From: Chlamydiales bacterium
Lineage (GTDB): Bacteria; Chlamydiota; Chlamydiia; Chlamydiales; JBDQID01
Assembly: GCA_047611865.1 (NCBI GenBank)
Contig: JBLFWS010000001.1
Span: 12,408-76,407 of the forward strand
Direction: 5' to 3'
DNA: 64,000 nucleotides
The notes beneath the pieces were generated by a model. It searched no databases. It was not told where the DNA came from and saw only the letters and a program-made list of their open reading frames with translations. This document shows positions 50,608 to 60,357 of this stretch, in pieces. Numbering within the stretch: the stretch's first letter is position 1; the number at the start of each line of letters is the position of its first letter. Made by a program: the position numbers and the translations under genes.

Positions 50608-51305
50608 AATTTACCTCCCCTTTGCTTTCTGCCACAATCATCAAGCGTTATAAGCGTTTTTTAGTAGATGTTGAGCTCGAAGATGGTCGCATCATTACCG
50701 CTCATTGCCCCAATACTGGAAGTATGAAAACATGTATCCTCCCTGGATGGAAGGCTCTTCTCAGCTACCACAGCAACCCCAAAAGAAAGCTATCCCACAC
50801 CTTGGAGCTAATCCATAATTCAGAGTGTTGGATCTGCGTTAATACCCATCAAGCTAACAAGATTGTTCACGAGGCTATACTCAACGGTGATATCCCCGAG
50901 CTCTCTCATTATAAAACTATTCGCCCAGAGGTCAAATACTCCCAAAACAGCCGTATCGACTTCCTTTTAGAAAGCCCCAATAAAAAGCCCTGCTTCGTTG
51001 AAGTGAAAGCTGTGACCCTTCTCGGTGAAAACGAAACCATCCTATTTCCCGACTCCGTAACCACTCGAGGCCAAAAACACATCGCCGACCTTGATCAAGA
51101 ACACTCGAAAGGAAACCGGGCCGTACTGCTCTTCCTGATTCAAAGAGGCGACGGCTCCCACTTTGCCCCCGCTTCCGAAATTGACCCTGAATATACCAGG
51201 CTTCTGAAAAACGCTTATTCCTCTGGATTAGAGGTTCTGGCCTACCAAACAAATATAACCCCTGAAGGCATCTGCATTCTGAAAAAAATTCCCTTTAATA
51301 TTTAA
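50604..51305 (+). CDS. sfsA: Sugar fermentation stimulation protein A homolog (SfsA nuclease-fold)
   Basis: IIKRYKRFLVDVELEDGRIITAHCPNTGSM and the later FVEVKAVTL blocks are the SfsA signature. Confidence 0.85.
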   Translation: MKFTSPLLSATIIKRYKRFLVDVELEDGRIITAHCPNTGSMKTCILPGWKALLSYHSNPKRKLSHTLELIHNSECWICVNTHQANKIVHEAILNGDIPELSHYKTIRPEVKYSQNSRIDFLLESPNKKPCFVEVKAVTLLGENETILFPDSVTTRGQKHIADLDQEHSKGNRAVLLFLIQRGDGSHFAPASEIDPEYTRLLKNAYSSGLEVLAYQTNITPEGICILKKIPFNI

Positions 51306-51324
51306 TCCTTAGGCAGTACTCATC

Positions 51325-51921
51325 ATGACTCTCGAAGATCAAAACCACAGCCGCCCCTTTGTTAACCTCATAAACGAGTTCGGGATGCTTTCTCGCCTCC
51401 CCCGCTCAGGGTTCTCTTTTCTCGGAACCGGGAAACAGTCTGTTGCCGAGCATAGTTTTGGCGTAATCTCAATTGCTTTTGTTCTGGCTCACTGTTGTGA
51501 AGAGACTGTTGACGAATTGCGACTGCTCCAACTCTGTCTTTTACACGATCTTCCCGAATCCCGAATTGGTGACCATAACTATGTCCAGAAAGAATACCTC
51601 TCCACCAATGACAGCAAAGTCTTTAAAGATATCAAAGAAGCCTCTCCATTAGGAGGGTTTATTGTAGGGGCTGTTGAAGAGTTTGAAGAGCTCAAAACTC
51701 TTGAAGCCCTGCTTGCGAGAGACGCTGACCACCTAGAGCTCCTGATCACCTTAAAAAAGGAAATCGACACAGGAAACCCGCGCGCTGCTGATTGGTTTGA
51801 TCTTGGTGAAAAAAGACTTCATACCCTTGTGGCCAAAAGACTTGCTCAGGGAATTAGAATTACCCCTTTCGATGAATGGTGGCTAAAAGGCGTGATCAAA
51901 AAACAACCTGAAAGTCCTTAA
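51325..51921 (+). CDS. HD-domain phosphohydrolase (YfbR-like 5'-nucleotidase family)
   Basis: SVAEHSFGV...LLHDLPESRIGD (H...HD...D metal motif). Confidence 0.7.
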   Translation: MTLEDQNHSRPFVNLINEFGMLSRLPRSGFSFLGTGKQSVAEHSFGVISIAFVLAHCCEETVDELRLLQLCLLHDLPESRIGDHNYVQKEYLSTNDSKVFKDIKEASPLGGFIVGAVEEFEELKTLEALLARDADHLELLITLKKEIDTGNPRAADWFDLGEKRLHTLVAKRLAQGIRITPFDEWWLKGVIKKQPESP

Positions 51922-52249
51922 ACGAGGCCTTTGACCTATAATGCTTAACTTCGACATTTTCCACCTCACCATGCCTTTGTGCCTTAAGGTTTTCAAGCAG
52001 CTGATCCAAACGCTCCCTACTGCCTTGCGCAAAAATTTCCACTGTCCCATCCGCTAGGTTTTTCACGGTACCGCTTAATCCAAGCTTTGTCGCATGTTGA
52101 AGTGTTGTAGCCCTAAAGCCTACCCCCTGAACATATCCATGCACAATTGCGTGCATCTCTGAAATCTCTTCAGCCACAGCCCCTCCCGTTGCAAAAAGTA
52201 AACACACCGAACTTAATACAGAGATTGTTTCTTTCCCTATTAAATTCAT
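51896..52249 (-). CDS. Acylphosphatase (possibly with signal peptide)
   Basis: VHGYVQGVGFRATT is the acylphosphatase signature. The first 31 aa are hydrophobic, so the start may instead be Met32 at 52156. Confidence 0.7.
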   Translation of the reverse strand: MNLIGKETISVLSSVCLLFATGGAVAEEISEMHAIVHGYVQGVGFRATTLQHATKLGLSGTVKNLADGTVEIFAQGSRERLDQLLENLKAQRHGEVENVEVKHYRSKASFKDFQVVF

Positions 52250-52341
52250 TATTTCTTTAGGATGCTATTCTTTTTTGAAATTATTCTTTGAAAACCAACA
52301 GGATGTCCAATCAGGAGCGCCCCCTATCTTGCTATCATCGG

Positions 52342-53328
52342 CTATTGCTCGCCAGGCCAAAACTCTTCAATAATCTTGTAAACTTCAGCCCTTGTTTCGA
52401 CCTTCGTTATCGCCCTGCGAAAATCTCTAGCTCTTTTGTCTTTTTTGAAATACCAACAGCCAAGCCTTCGGACATCAGTAACAGCCTTTTTTTCACTATA
52501 ATACTGAAGTGAGTGTTCAAAGTGCTCAACAAGAGCGTCGCGATATGCCGTTTCAGGGCGAATAAGCTCTTCCATCCCACTAAGTCTGCGATAGACATCT
52601 TCTGCTATCCACGGCTGCCCCAACGTTCCCCTGGAAACCAATATCCCATCACAGTTCGTATGCTCAAAAATTCGTTCAGCTGCCTCTGCATCGAAAATAT
52701 CTCCATTCCCGATCACCTTGATGTTTTTCGCAACCTGCTTACATGCTTTTATATGGTCCCAGTTTGCATTCCCTTTATAAGCCTGAGCCCTCGTCCGACC
52801 GTGTATTGTAATCATTTTAGCTCCAGCCTCTTCTGCCACACGAGTGATCTCTTCTGCGTTAATGTGGCCATCATCCCAGCCCGCTCGAATCTTTACTGTT
52901 ACTGGAATTTTTACCGCAGCCACCATATTAGCTAAAACTTCCCCAATAAGCTGGGGCGTCTTTAGCATCCCCGATCCACCGCCATCTTTTGTTACTTTAT
53001 CTACGGGACAGCCACAGTTAAGGTCCACAACATCGAAGCCCAGGTCCTCTATAATTTTGGCTGCCTGACCCGCAATTTCTGGTTTACTCCCAACTATTTG
53101 CCCCCCAATAGGATGCATACCCGATTCATAGTCGAGGAGGTGAAAGGTTGTCGCATCACTACGAACCAACGCGTCCATTTTCACCATTTCGCAAAAAACC
53201 AACCCCGGGTTGTAGCGAGAAGACATTCTGCGAAAAGGCAAATCTGAACACCCCGCAAGGGGCGCGTAAAAGACGTTACTTGGAAGCTCCAGGTCGCCCA
53301 ATAGAAATGGTGTTTTCAAGTGACTCAT
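52342..53328 (-). CDS. tRNA-dihydrouridine synthase
   Basis: APLAGCSDLPFRRM, DLNCGCP and ITIHGRTR are Dus family motifs. Confidence 0.85.
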   Translation of the reverse strand: MSHLKTPFLLGDLELPSNVFYAPLAGCSDLPFRRMSSRYNPGLVFCEMVKMDALVRSDATTFHLLDYESGMHPIGGQIVGSKPEIAGQAAKIIEDLGFDVVDLNCGCPVDKVTKDGGGSGMLKTPQLIGEVLANMVAAVKIPVTVKIRAGWDDGHINAEEITRVAEEAGAKMITIHGRTRAQAYKGNANWDHIKACKQVAKNIKVIGNGDIFDAEAAERIFEHTNCDGILVSRGTLGQPWIAEDVYRRLSGMEELIRPETAYRDALVEHFEHSLQYYSEKKAVTDVRRLGCWYFKKDKRARDFRRAITKVETRAEVYKIIEEFWPGEQ

Positions 53329-53579
53329 AGCTGGAAAAGCGCCATGACAATATATTCGAGAATATTCAGGGAAAACAGCGCGACGATCGGGCTTAGGTCA
53401 AACATGCCGAGGGGCGGGATCACCTGTCGAAAGAAATTTAAGTAGGGATCCGTGTACTCGTGTACATAAAGCATAAAGCGGTACTGGTTGATCTCTGGAA
53501 CCCATGAAGCCAGGATTCTAACAAAAAGCATCAGCGTAAACATAGAAAATAAAAGATGAATAAGATAAGGGAGAGACAT
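53325..53579 (-). CDS. yggT: YggT-family small membrane protein
   Basis: FVRILASWVP...PYLNFFRQVIPPLGMFDLSPIVALF is the YggT pattern. 4-nt overlap with the dus gene. Confidence 0.75.
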   Translation of the reverse strand: MSLPYLIHLLFSMFTLMLFVRILASWVPEINQYRFMLYVHEYTDPYLNFFRQVIPPLGMFDLSPIVALFSLNILEYIVMALFQL

Positions 53580-53934
53580 TCTAACTACTTCTTAAGATAT
53601 AATTGTTCCTAAAAAACACACAGCCGAAATTGTAAATATCGCAGCATAAACTAACATAATACTTTCTTCTGGAACATATTGATCTGATTTCACAACCTTA
53701 ACCTCACATTCCCTAAATGACTATAATCTAACATACCACTTCCTTTATTATTTGTCACCAAACACAATTAAAATTATTTATATCATACCTTTAAGTCAAA
53801 TACAGCTCTTGCTCATTAATAACATTAGTTTGTTTGATAGAGTAACTAGATTAACCCTTAAAGTGAGTAATTTGTTGAAATTAATACTCAATTAAGATAA
53901 TATTTTAAATTTAACAAAAATTCAAGGCCTGTCC

Positions 53935-55560
53935 GTGGATTATAGAATCTCTGCAGAAAACACCTTGGGTGCCGACATTTACGCTGGAAACGTTAAAACA
54001 GCCCTCCTTTCCTGGAAAAACGGTGCCCCAAAGATAGAAAGCCTACAAGAGTTTCAACAAAATAGCCGTATTTACAATAATGATGATCTCGGCAGCCCCC
54101 CCCTTTTCTCCCAAAATGACTGCGAAGACCCCCTTATAATCACCGCCATTCCCAGTAGATCCGTTCTCGTGCGCCCTCTAAACCTCCAATTAACAGATAG
54201 TAAGGACGTTGACAGCGTCTTGAGGTTTCAGGCCGAGCCGCTGCTACCTTATCCTATAGAAAGTGCCGTTATTGACCACATGGTCCTTAACAGCAACGGC
54301 AACTCTATTTCCCTCACAATTTTCGCTGTTCAAAACGAAGAAATGGGTCGACACGTCGACCATGCCCACTCTTTGGGATTTGACTCTGAAGCCGTATCCA
54401 GCACCCCTGCTGCACTAGCCTCTCTATCCGAATACTTTGCCCCTGGAGAAAACCCTCGTTTTGTCATCCACATGGAAGGAGACTACTCCCTTTGCGCTTT
54501 TGTCACAAAAGGCAAGGTCCTGGCCTCTCACCACCTATCAATCGGACACGACCACTTTATTGACGCTCTAGTAAAAGACAATGACTTATCTCCCGAAAGC
54601 GCCCATGGGCAGCTTGATGGGATTCTTAATAGTCCGGAATTTAACAGTGAAACACAGCCTGGCCTTTATGCCATCAACAGGCAGTTCAATCAAGAGCTGA
54701 CTAAAATCATTAAAGCCCTCAGCCTCCCCGTGGCGCTACCCCCTGAAAAGGAAGCCCTTGTCACCGGAAAGCTCACCCCCGCCCTCTTATCGCAAAGCGA
54801 GCTGCCCCCCCTGTCCCTTCCCGAAAAATACAAAAACTTTGCAATTGCAATAGGCTTGGCGTTAGGGCACCTTCCCAATAACGAAAATCTCTTAAATTTT
54901 CGCCAAGAGAGCTTCGCCTACCAAAACCCTTGGAAGAGGGTAAAGAGAACCCTCGTCACCTTCGGCTTTCTTTGCCTGCTTCTTACCGGGGTCGCTTTTG
55001 TCTTTAGCCAGATGCTCCTTGGGCAACACAAAGTTCAAATAAGCAAAAAATACCTTAGCTCCCTGTCGGCAGTGGGGCAAACATACGAATCCGCGGAAAA
55101 ACAAATTCCCAATGGCTCTTCCCTAAAGGTCCCCGAAACCCTCAGAGGCAACGCCCTCTCTAAGAGATTAAAGTTCCTTGAAAAAATGGTCCGCAACCCC
55201 TCTGAAACCTTTCATTTACAGCCCGATACCCCCAGGGTCTGCGACTTTCTTTTTTGGTTAAACAGCCACCCCCTCATAAGCAGCTCTCTAAAAGACGACC
55301 CCAATTCTTTTCACTTAGATCAACTACACTACGTCATGGTCTCGTACCCCCAAGAAAGCAGACCCAGTAGCCCTTACCTTCTAAAGATCGAACTAGACTT
55401 CAGAACAAATTCTTCCCAGTTTGCCCGAAAGTTCCGAGAATCTCTAATGGAACCCAGTTCTTTTGTTGACTCTCACCGGGATATTTCCTGGAAAGCCGGT
55501 GACGGCAAATACCAGGCTATATTTTTCATCAAGAACCAAGAGAGAGGGGCCCAATCATGA
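53935..55560 (+). CDS. PilM-like actin-fold domain + TM + periplasmic domain (GspL / PilM-PilN-fusion-like)
   Basis: LGADIYAGNVKTALL and AIPSRSVLVRPLNLQL...VLRFQAEPLLPYPIESAVIDHMVL match the PilM/GspL cytoplasmic-domain pattern. A single TM sits at ~residues 345-365. GTG start. Confidence 0.45.
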   Translation: MDYRISAENTLGADIYAGNVKTALLSWKNGAPKIESLQEFQQNSRIYNNDDLGSPPLFSQNDCEDPLIITAIPSRSVLVRPLNLQLTDSKDVDSVLRFQAEPLLPYPIESAVIDHMVLNSNGNSISLTIFAVQNEEMGRHVDHAHSLGFDSEAVSSTPAALASLSEYFAPGENPRFVIHMEGDYSLCAFVTKGKVLASHHLSIGHDHFIDALVKDNDLSPESAHGQLDGILNSPEFNSETQPGLYAINRQFNQELTKIIKALSLPVALPPEKEALVTGKLTPALLSQSELPPLSLPEKYKNFAIAIGLALGHLPNNENLLNFRQESFAYQNPWKRVKRTLVTFGFLCLLLTGVAFVFSQMLLGQHKVQISKKYLSSLSAVGQTYESAEKQIPNGSSLKVPETLRGNALSKRLKFLEKMVRNPSETFHLQPDTPRVCDFLFWLNSHPLISSSLKDDPNSFHLDQLHYVMVSYPQESRPSSPYLLKIELDFRTNSSQFARKFRESLMEPSSFVDSHRDISWKAGDGKYQAIFFIKNQERGAQS

Positions 55561-56177
55561 ACTCTATCCCCCAAAATCGTTTACTGGCCTACTTGTTTGC
55601 CCTTGGACTCATTCCTTTATTGGTGGTTTTCTACATACACCTTTCCGAAAGCTCTGAGCTCTACAAACTCGAACAAAGAATAGATGCCATTCAGCTCACA
55701 CTGCATCTTGATGATGGAAAACACTCCCGAAATGCTGCCACACGACTCCAGCACGAAAATTCAGACCCCCTCTTTATAGACTCTGAATTAGAAAGTTTGT
55801 CTTTTCTGGGTGATGAAATTAAAAACCTTAAGGCTATCACCCAAGACCCCTCATTTCCCGACACTCCTGCGATCAAAAAGCGCCTCGACTTCTTAGCTGG
55901 ACCCAATAATCGCCTTGTCTTCACTGAAGATCTTATACAGTCCTCTCCACACAGCAAGGAAACCCTTGAGGTCATGAGGCACCCGGTAGAGGTTGATATT
56001 GACGACCTCTATAAAATTCTTGCAACTGTTGAAAACGTAAGCATAGGTCCTTATAGTCCACAACCCAATAGCCCTCAGCTTATTATCACAGATTTTAAAC
56101 TAGAGCGAAAAAAATATCCCAACAAAAATGAAGTTTTCGTTTTAAATATAAAGTTACTCAAAAGAGAGTTTTTATAA
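55557..56177 (+). CDS. Bitopic membrane protein (PilO/GspM-like topology), function unknown
   Basis: N-terminal TM (LLAYLFALGLIPLLVVFYI) followed by a ~170-aa soluble domain. 4-nt overlap with the upstream PilM-like gene. The assignment rests on topology and context only. Confidence 0.3.
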   Translation: MNSIPQNRLLAYLFALGLIPLLVVFYIHLSESSELYKLEQRIDAIQLTLHLDDGKHSRNAATRLQHENSDPLFIDSELESLSFLGDEIKNLKAITQDPSFPDTPAIKKRLDFLAGPNNRLVFTEDLIQSSPHSKETLEVMRHPVEVDIDDLYKILATVENVSIGPYSPQPNSPQLIITDFKLERKKYPNKNEVFVLNIKLLKREFL

Positions 56178-56180
56178 GCC

Positions 56181-57464
56181 ATGCACAGCAAAACCCTTTC
56201 TATCCTCAGGTCTTCCTTTTTCTTTTGTCTATGCGCTTTTTCAGCCCCTGGCTGTTCTTCCCCCCGGCGGGTCGGACCCGGAAATATGTCAAGCATCCAC
56301 ATCATAGATCGAAACGGCCTCACTGAAACCGTAAACTCCGGAGAGCGCCTCAAGCAATATGAAAACAAAAACTTTCTGCAACCCCAACCGTTTCAAAAAA
56401 TCACCCGCTCCTTTGGCCGCGATTCCGGCGGAAATATCCCCTCACGAATCACAAGCTACCACCCCAACGGACAACTCAAGCAATATCTTGAGGCATTAAA
56501 TTCCCGAGCCAACGGTGTTTACCGGGAGTGGTACTCAAGCGGAATAATCAAGCTAGAGGTTTCCGTCATTGGCGGCGTTGCTGATCTCAATACCGCTGCA
56601 GAAGAAAGCTGGCTTTTCGATGGACAGAGTAGCGCTTGGGATGAAGGCGGCAACTTAACTGCCACAATCAACTACCTAAAAGGGGCCCTTCATGGCAGCT
56701 CTTTGTACTATCATCCCAATGGTCGATTATGGAAAACCATCCCCTATGAAAATAACAAAATTAATGGCAGCTTGTTCACATATCTTGAAGACGGATCCCC
56801 TTTATTGAAGAGTGAGTATCAAAACGGCGTTAGACATGGTGTAACCCAGCGCTTTTGGAACGACGGGCAGCTTTCGGCAGAGGAGTTGCACAACAAGGGC
56901 TTTCTTTATCAAGCCAAGTACTTCAGCAGCTCTGGGAACCTCATCGCTGAAATAAATGACGGTGATGGACACAGGGTTACCTTCGGAAAAAGTCAGCCAT
57001 ATGAAGTACAAGAATTTCACAAAGGCTCCCCCGAAGGATCCGTCGAAGTGTTTAATGAAGACAGCGACATTTCACGGGTTTACCATCTTAAAGACAGCCT
57101 TAAACATGGCGAAGACACCGAATACCACGAGGGCTCTAGCGTCCCCAAAATGACTATTAATTGGCACGCGGGCCTTATACAGGGCATTGCCAAGACCTGG
57201 TATAAGAGCGGCGCCCTTGAAAGCCGAAGAGAGATCAACTCGAACAAAAAAAACGGTCTTTCCACTGCATGGTACATCAACGGATCCGTCATGCTTATTG
57301 AGATGTACGAAAACGATAAGCTTGTAAAAGGTGAGTACTTCAAAAAAGATGAGAGCTCTCCAATATCTCGCGTTGTTGACGGAAGTGGCACTGCGACCCT
57401 CTACGATTCCGGAGGAAGCTTCATACGGCAAATTGCTTATCATGAGGGAAGGCCCTCTGCATGA
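56181..57464 (+). CDS. MORN/YwqK-type repeat lipoprotein
   Basis: Signal peptide ending in lipobox-like FSAPGC. More than 8 repeats of the Y..NG.L....Y.NG..(H/N)G type (e.g. YHPNGQLKQY, YYHPNGRLWKTIPYENNKINGS). Confidence 0.65.
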   Translation: MHSKTLSILRSSFFFCLCAFSAPGCSSPRRVGPGNMSSIHIIDRNGLTETVNSGERLKQYENKNFLQPQPFQKITRSFGRDSGGNIPSRITSYHPNGQLKQYLEALNSRANGVYREWYSSGIIKLEVSVIGGVADLNTAAEESWLFDGQSSAWDEGGNLTATINYLKGALHGSSLYYHPNGRLWKTIPYENNKINGSLFTYLEDGSPLLKSEYQNGVRHGVTQRFWNDGQLSAEELHNKGFLYQAKYFSSSGNLIAEINDGDGHRVTFGKSQPYEVQEFHKGSPEGSVEVFNEDSDISRVYHLKDSLKHGEDTEYHEGSSVPKMTINWHAGLIQGIAKTWYKSGALESRREINSNKKNGLSTAWYINGSVMLIEMYENDKLVKGEYFKKDESSPISRVVDGSGTATLYDSGGSFIRQIAYHEGRPSA

Positions 57465-58021
57465 CCCCCGCCCCATCAGTCACAAACCAAAAAGCCTCTA
57501 TCCGAGAAGTTTTGAGGTCAATCCGAGAAAACATTTCACCCCTCGAAAGAGAAAGGGCTGCCCTTCATCTATTTGAAGCTCTAAGGCGCATAACAAACAA
57601 ATACTCCCTTGTTTTGTCCTATGCCAGCTTTTCCTCCGAAATAGACACCTGGCCCCTTAACTACCACCTCGCCACCAAAGAACGACTTCTCCTCCCCCAG
57701 CTCCAGGGTGACAAGATACGGATTTTTAAAGTTACGGATATCGACAATCAATTAAAAACATCCCCGTATGGTATTATGGAGCCAATTCCCGAGCTCTGTG
57801 CCGAAGTCTCCCTCTCCACGATTCCCTTTGCCATCATTCCCGGACTTGGCTTTGATTCCCAAAATAATCGTCTCGGCTACGGAAAAGGCTGTTATGACCG
57901 CATCCTTTGCAAGATGCCCGCCTGCCTCACCTGTGGCACAGGCTTTACTCAACAACTTGTAGGCTCTCTACTCCCCACTACAAAAAAAGACATTCCCTTA
58001 AAAGGCTGCCGTCTTTTCTAA
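57461..58021 (+). CDS. 5-formyltetrahydrofolate cyclo-ligase
   Basis: PGLGFDSQNNRLGYGKGCYDR is the family signature. 4-nt overlap with the upstream gene. Confidence 0.8.
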   Translation: MTPAPSVTNQKASIREVLRSIRENISPLERERAALHLFEALRRITNKYSLVLSYASFSSEIDTWPLNYHLATKERLLLPQLQGDKIRIFKVTDIDNQLKTSPYGIMEPIPELCAEVSLSTIPFAIIPGLGFDSQNNRLGYGKGCYDRILCKMPACLTCGTGFTQQLVGSLLPTTKKDIPLKGCRLF

Positions 58022-58140
58022 ATAACTTAATATAGCAGTACTAATTTGTACTATTACTCCCCTGACATTCCCCTTGACGACAACGCATAAAAGCGTAAAT
58101 ATCATGCTTTTTTCAACTGTACTTATAAAGGAGTAGTCGG

Positions 58141-59217
58141 ATGTCCAGCAAGGAAAATTCCTCTAGGAAACAAGCTCTAGATGCTGCAGTAGCTCTTATC
58201 AAAAAGCAATTCGGCGAAGGTGCCATAATGTCCATGGGCGCAGGTGCCGCCACTCAACACGTCGAGGTTATCAAAACAGGGGCCATTTCCCTGGACATCG
58301 CCTTGGGAATTGGCGGTGTTCCACGTGGTCGCGTCGTAGAAATTTACGGTCCTGAATCATCTGGAAAATCCACCCTCGCAACTCACATTGTTGCCAGTGC
58401 GCAAAAAAATGGAGGCCTTGCCGCCTACATCGATGCAGAACATGCGTTGGATGCAAAATATGCCGCTCAAATTGGCGTCAACCTTGATGATCTATTGATT
58501 TCACAACCCGATTGTGGAGAGGAAGCTTTAAATATCGCTGAAATGCTCGCGCGTTCCAATGCGGTTGACGTTATTGTAATCGACTCTGTTGCAGCACTCG
58601 TTCCCAAAAATGAGCTCGAAGGCGAAATAGGCGATACTCACATGGGCTTGCAGGCTCGCATGATGTCACAGGCTCTTAGAAAGCTTACTGCCACACTGGC
58701 CAAATCCAAAACCTGTGCTGTTTTCATCAACCAGATTCGTGAAAAAATTGGTGTCGTATTTGGCAACCCTGAAACCACAACCGGCGGAAGAGCTTTAAAA
58801 TTCTACTCTTCAGTTCGCCTGGATATTCGCCGAATCGGCAGCATCAAGGGAGCTGAAAACCGTGATGTCGGGAACCGCGTAAAAGTAAAAGTCGCTAAAA
58901 ATAAAATGGCCGCTCCTTTTCAAATAGCTGAATTTGACATCATGTTTGGAGAGGGCATTTCCCACACCGGATCCATCATTGATGTAGGAGTAGAACAAAA
59001 CATCATCGACAAAAAGGGCGCTTGGTTTAGCTACAAAACAACTCGCCTGGGGCAGGGAAGGGAAGCGGTAAAAGAAGAGCTAAAGAAAAACCCTGCTCTT
59101 TTCGCTCAAATCGAAGCTGATATTCTGGAAAAGTTCCCTCTCCTTTCTTCAAAGAAAGAAAAGGCCCCAGAAAAAGAACGCATCAAAGAACTCAACAAAG
59201 TGCTTGCCGGCGTATAA
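58141..59217 (+). CDS. recA: Recombinase RecA
   Basis: [11 protein letters not shown] Walker [11 protein letters not shown] and the L1/L2 loop blocks. AAGGAG lies 7 nt upstream of the ATG. Confidence 0.95.
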   Translation: MSSKENSSRKQALDAAVALIKKQFGEGAIMSMGAGAATQHVEVIKTGAISLDIALGIGGVPRGRVVEIYGPESSGKSTLATHIVASAQKNGGLAAYIDAEHALDAKYAAQIGVNLDDLLISQPDCGEEALNIAEMLARSNAVDVIVIDSVAALVPKNELEGEIGDTHMGLQARMMSQALRKLTATLAKSKTCAVFINQIREKIGVVFGNPETTTGGRALKFYSSVRLDIRRIGSIKGAENRDVGNRVKVKVAKNKMAAPFQIAEFDIMFGEGISHTGSIIDVGVEQNIIDKKGAWFSYKTTRLGQGREAVKEELKKNPALFAQIEADILEKFPLLSSKKEKAPEKERIKELNKVLAGV

Positions 59218-59228
59218 AAAAACATTCC

Positions 59229-59265
59229 GCACCGGGTCGAAACGAAGATCGTCGCGGCCCGGTGC
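59229..59265. terminator. Candidate bidirectional terminator hairpin between convergent recA and polyprenyl synthase genes
   Basis: 8-bp GC-rich stem GCACCGGG/CCCGGTGC with a 21-nt loop. There is an A-run upstream but no clean U-tract downstream. Confidence 0.35.
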
Positions 59266-59284
59266 CTGTCTCAAGAATCGAGCA

Positions 59285-60184
59285 CTAGACCTGTTTTGCC
59301 TCATGCTCTTCTGCGGCTTTAGAAAGCCCGGAGACAAGTTCCTGAAACCCCCCCTCGAGTAGACCCAGTCCACTCAGGCTCTCCTTAAGAAAAGAAAGCT
59401 CCTCCTGAAGCACCTTTAAAGCTTTTTCAAAGCCAGCAACTACAACAAAATTTGTTTTACAGCCTCGGCTAGTGTCCTGCTCAACATCTCCAAAATCGTC
59501 TGCTATTTGAAATGCCATACCGAAATGCCACGCAGCCCTTTTAACCTCCTCGATTCGATCAATGCGTCCGCCCCCAAAAAGCCATCCAAGAACAAAGGAT
59601 AATTCAAAAAGAGCAACCGTTTTGGCTCGTATGACCCGCCGTAATGTCTCAAGGGTCTGATCTGGCGGATAGATGTCTAGAAACTGCCCTCCGGTAGCCC
59701 CCGCAATACCTGTATTGTAGGTCACGTTTTCCAAAGCGCGCATACAGATCTCATCACCCGAACCAGACAAAAAGTTATCGGGATTGTCACTTCGGGCGTG
59801 GGCATTTTTATAAATACATCGATATCCAGCTGAAATTAAGGCGTAGCTGGCCAATAGAGCCACTGCCTCGCCATATACCTTGTGGAGAGAGGGCTTACCC
59901 CTCCTCATGTCGTCGTTGTCCATACAGGGCAAATCATCGGCTATTAAAGAAGCCGTATGAAAATATTCTGCTGCAAGAGCGACATTTGTAACATCTGTTT
60001 TTTGATCTAAGGCCTTTGCCACCATAAAAACAATAATAGGTCTCAGTCGCTTACCTCCATTGAGGAGTGCATACTCGCAAGCATCGCGAAGCTTGCTTTT
60101 CTCTCCAATTTGAGGAATGCTTTCAGCAATAGCCTTTTCGGCATACTCTAAAAAGTCTGCGAGCTGTGTATTTTGAAGTGTCAT
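59285..60184 (-). CDS. Short-chain polyprenyl diphosphate synthase (FPP/GGPP synthase family)
   Basis: First Asp-rich motif LIADDLPCMDNDDMRRG and second FQIADDFGD. Confidence 0.85.
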   Translation of the reverse strand: MTLQNTQLADFLEYAEKAIAESIPQIGEKSKLRDACEYALLNGGKRLRPIIVFMVAKALDQKTDVTNVALAAEYFHTASLIADDLPCMDNDDMRRGKPSLHKVYGEAVALLASYALISAGYRCIYKNAHARSDNPDNFLSGSGDEICMRALENVTYNTGIAGATGGQFLDIYPPDQTLETLRRVIRAKTVALFELSFVLGWLFGGGRIDRIEEVKRAAWHFGMAFQIADDFGDVEQDTSRGCKTNFVVVAGFEKALKVLQEELSFLKESLSGLGLLEGGFQELVSGLSKAAEEHEAKQV

Positions 60185-60357
60185 GTTTTATAACCGTGTA
60201 ATGTAGTTAAAAGCGACCCTGCCCTTAAAGAAAATGAAAATAAGGCTGTCGATATGATAGCCCATATCAAAATGAGGGAGCGTTAGACAATTCTGTCTAG
60301 TTAACAGAAAGAAGATTAACAAAAAAAGAACACAAACGTCAAGTTCTCATAATCAAA

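Noticed and set aside
58037-58052. Palindrome AGTAC-N6-GTACT upstream of recA as a possible LexA/SOS box.
   Set aside because: The spacing does not match the LexA motifs I know (e.g. the cyanobacterial type has a 4-nt spacer). It lies upstream of rather than over the likely promoter, it occurs once, and Chlamydiaceae are not known to have LexA. It is not supportable without a genome-wide scan.
60297-60312. Short palindrome TAGACA-ATTC-TGTCTA downstream of the hexapeptide-transferase gene, considered as a terminator.
   Set aside because: The stem is only 6 bp, with no adjacent U-tract on the relevant strand. It is too weak to call.
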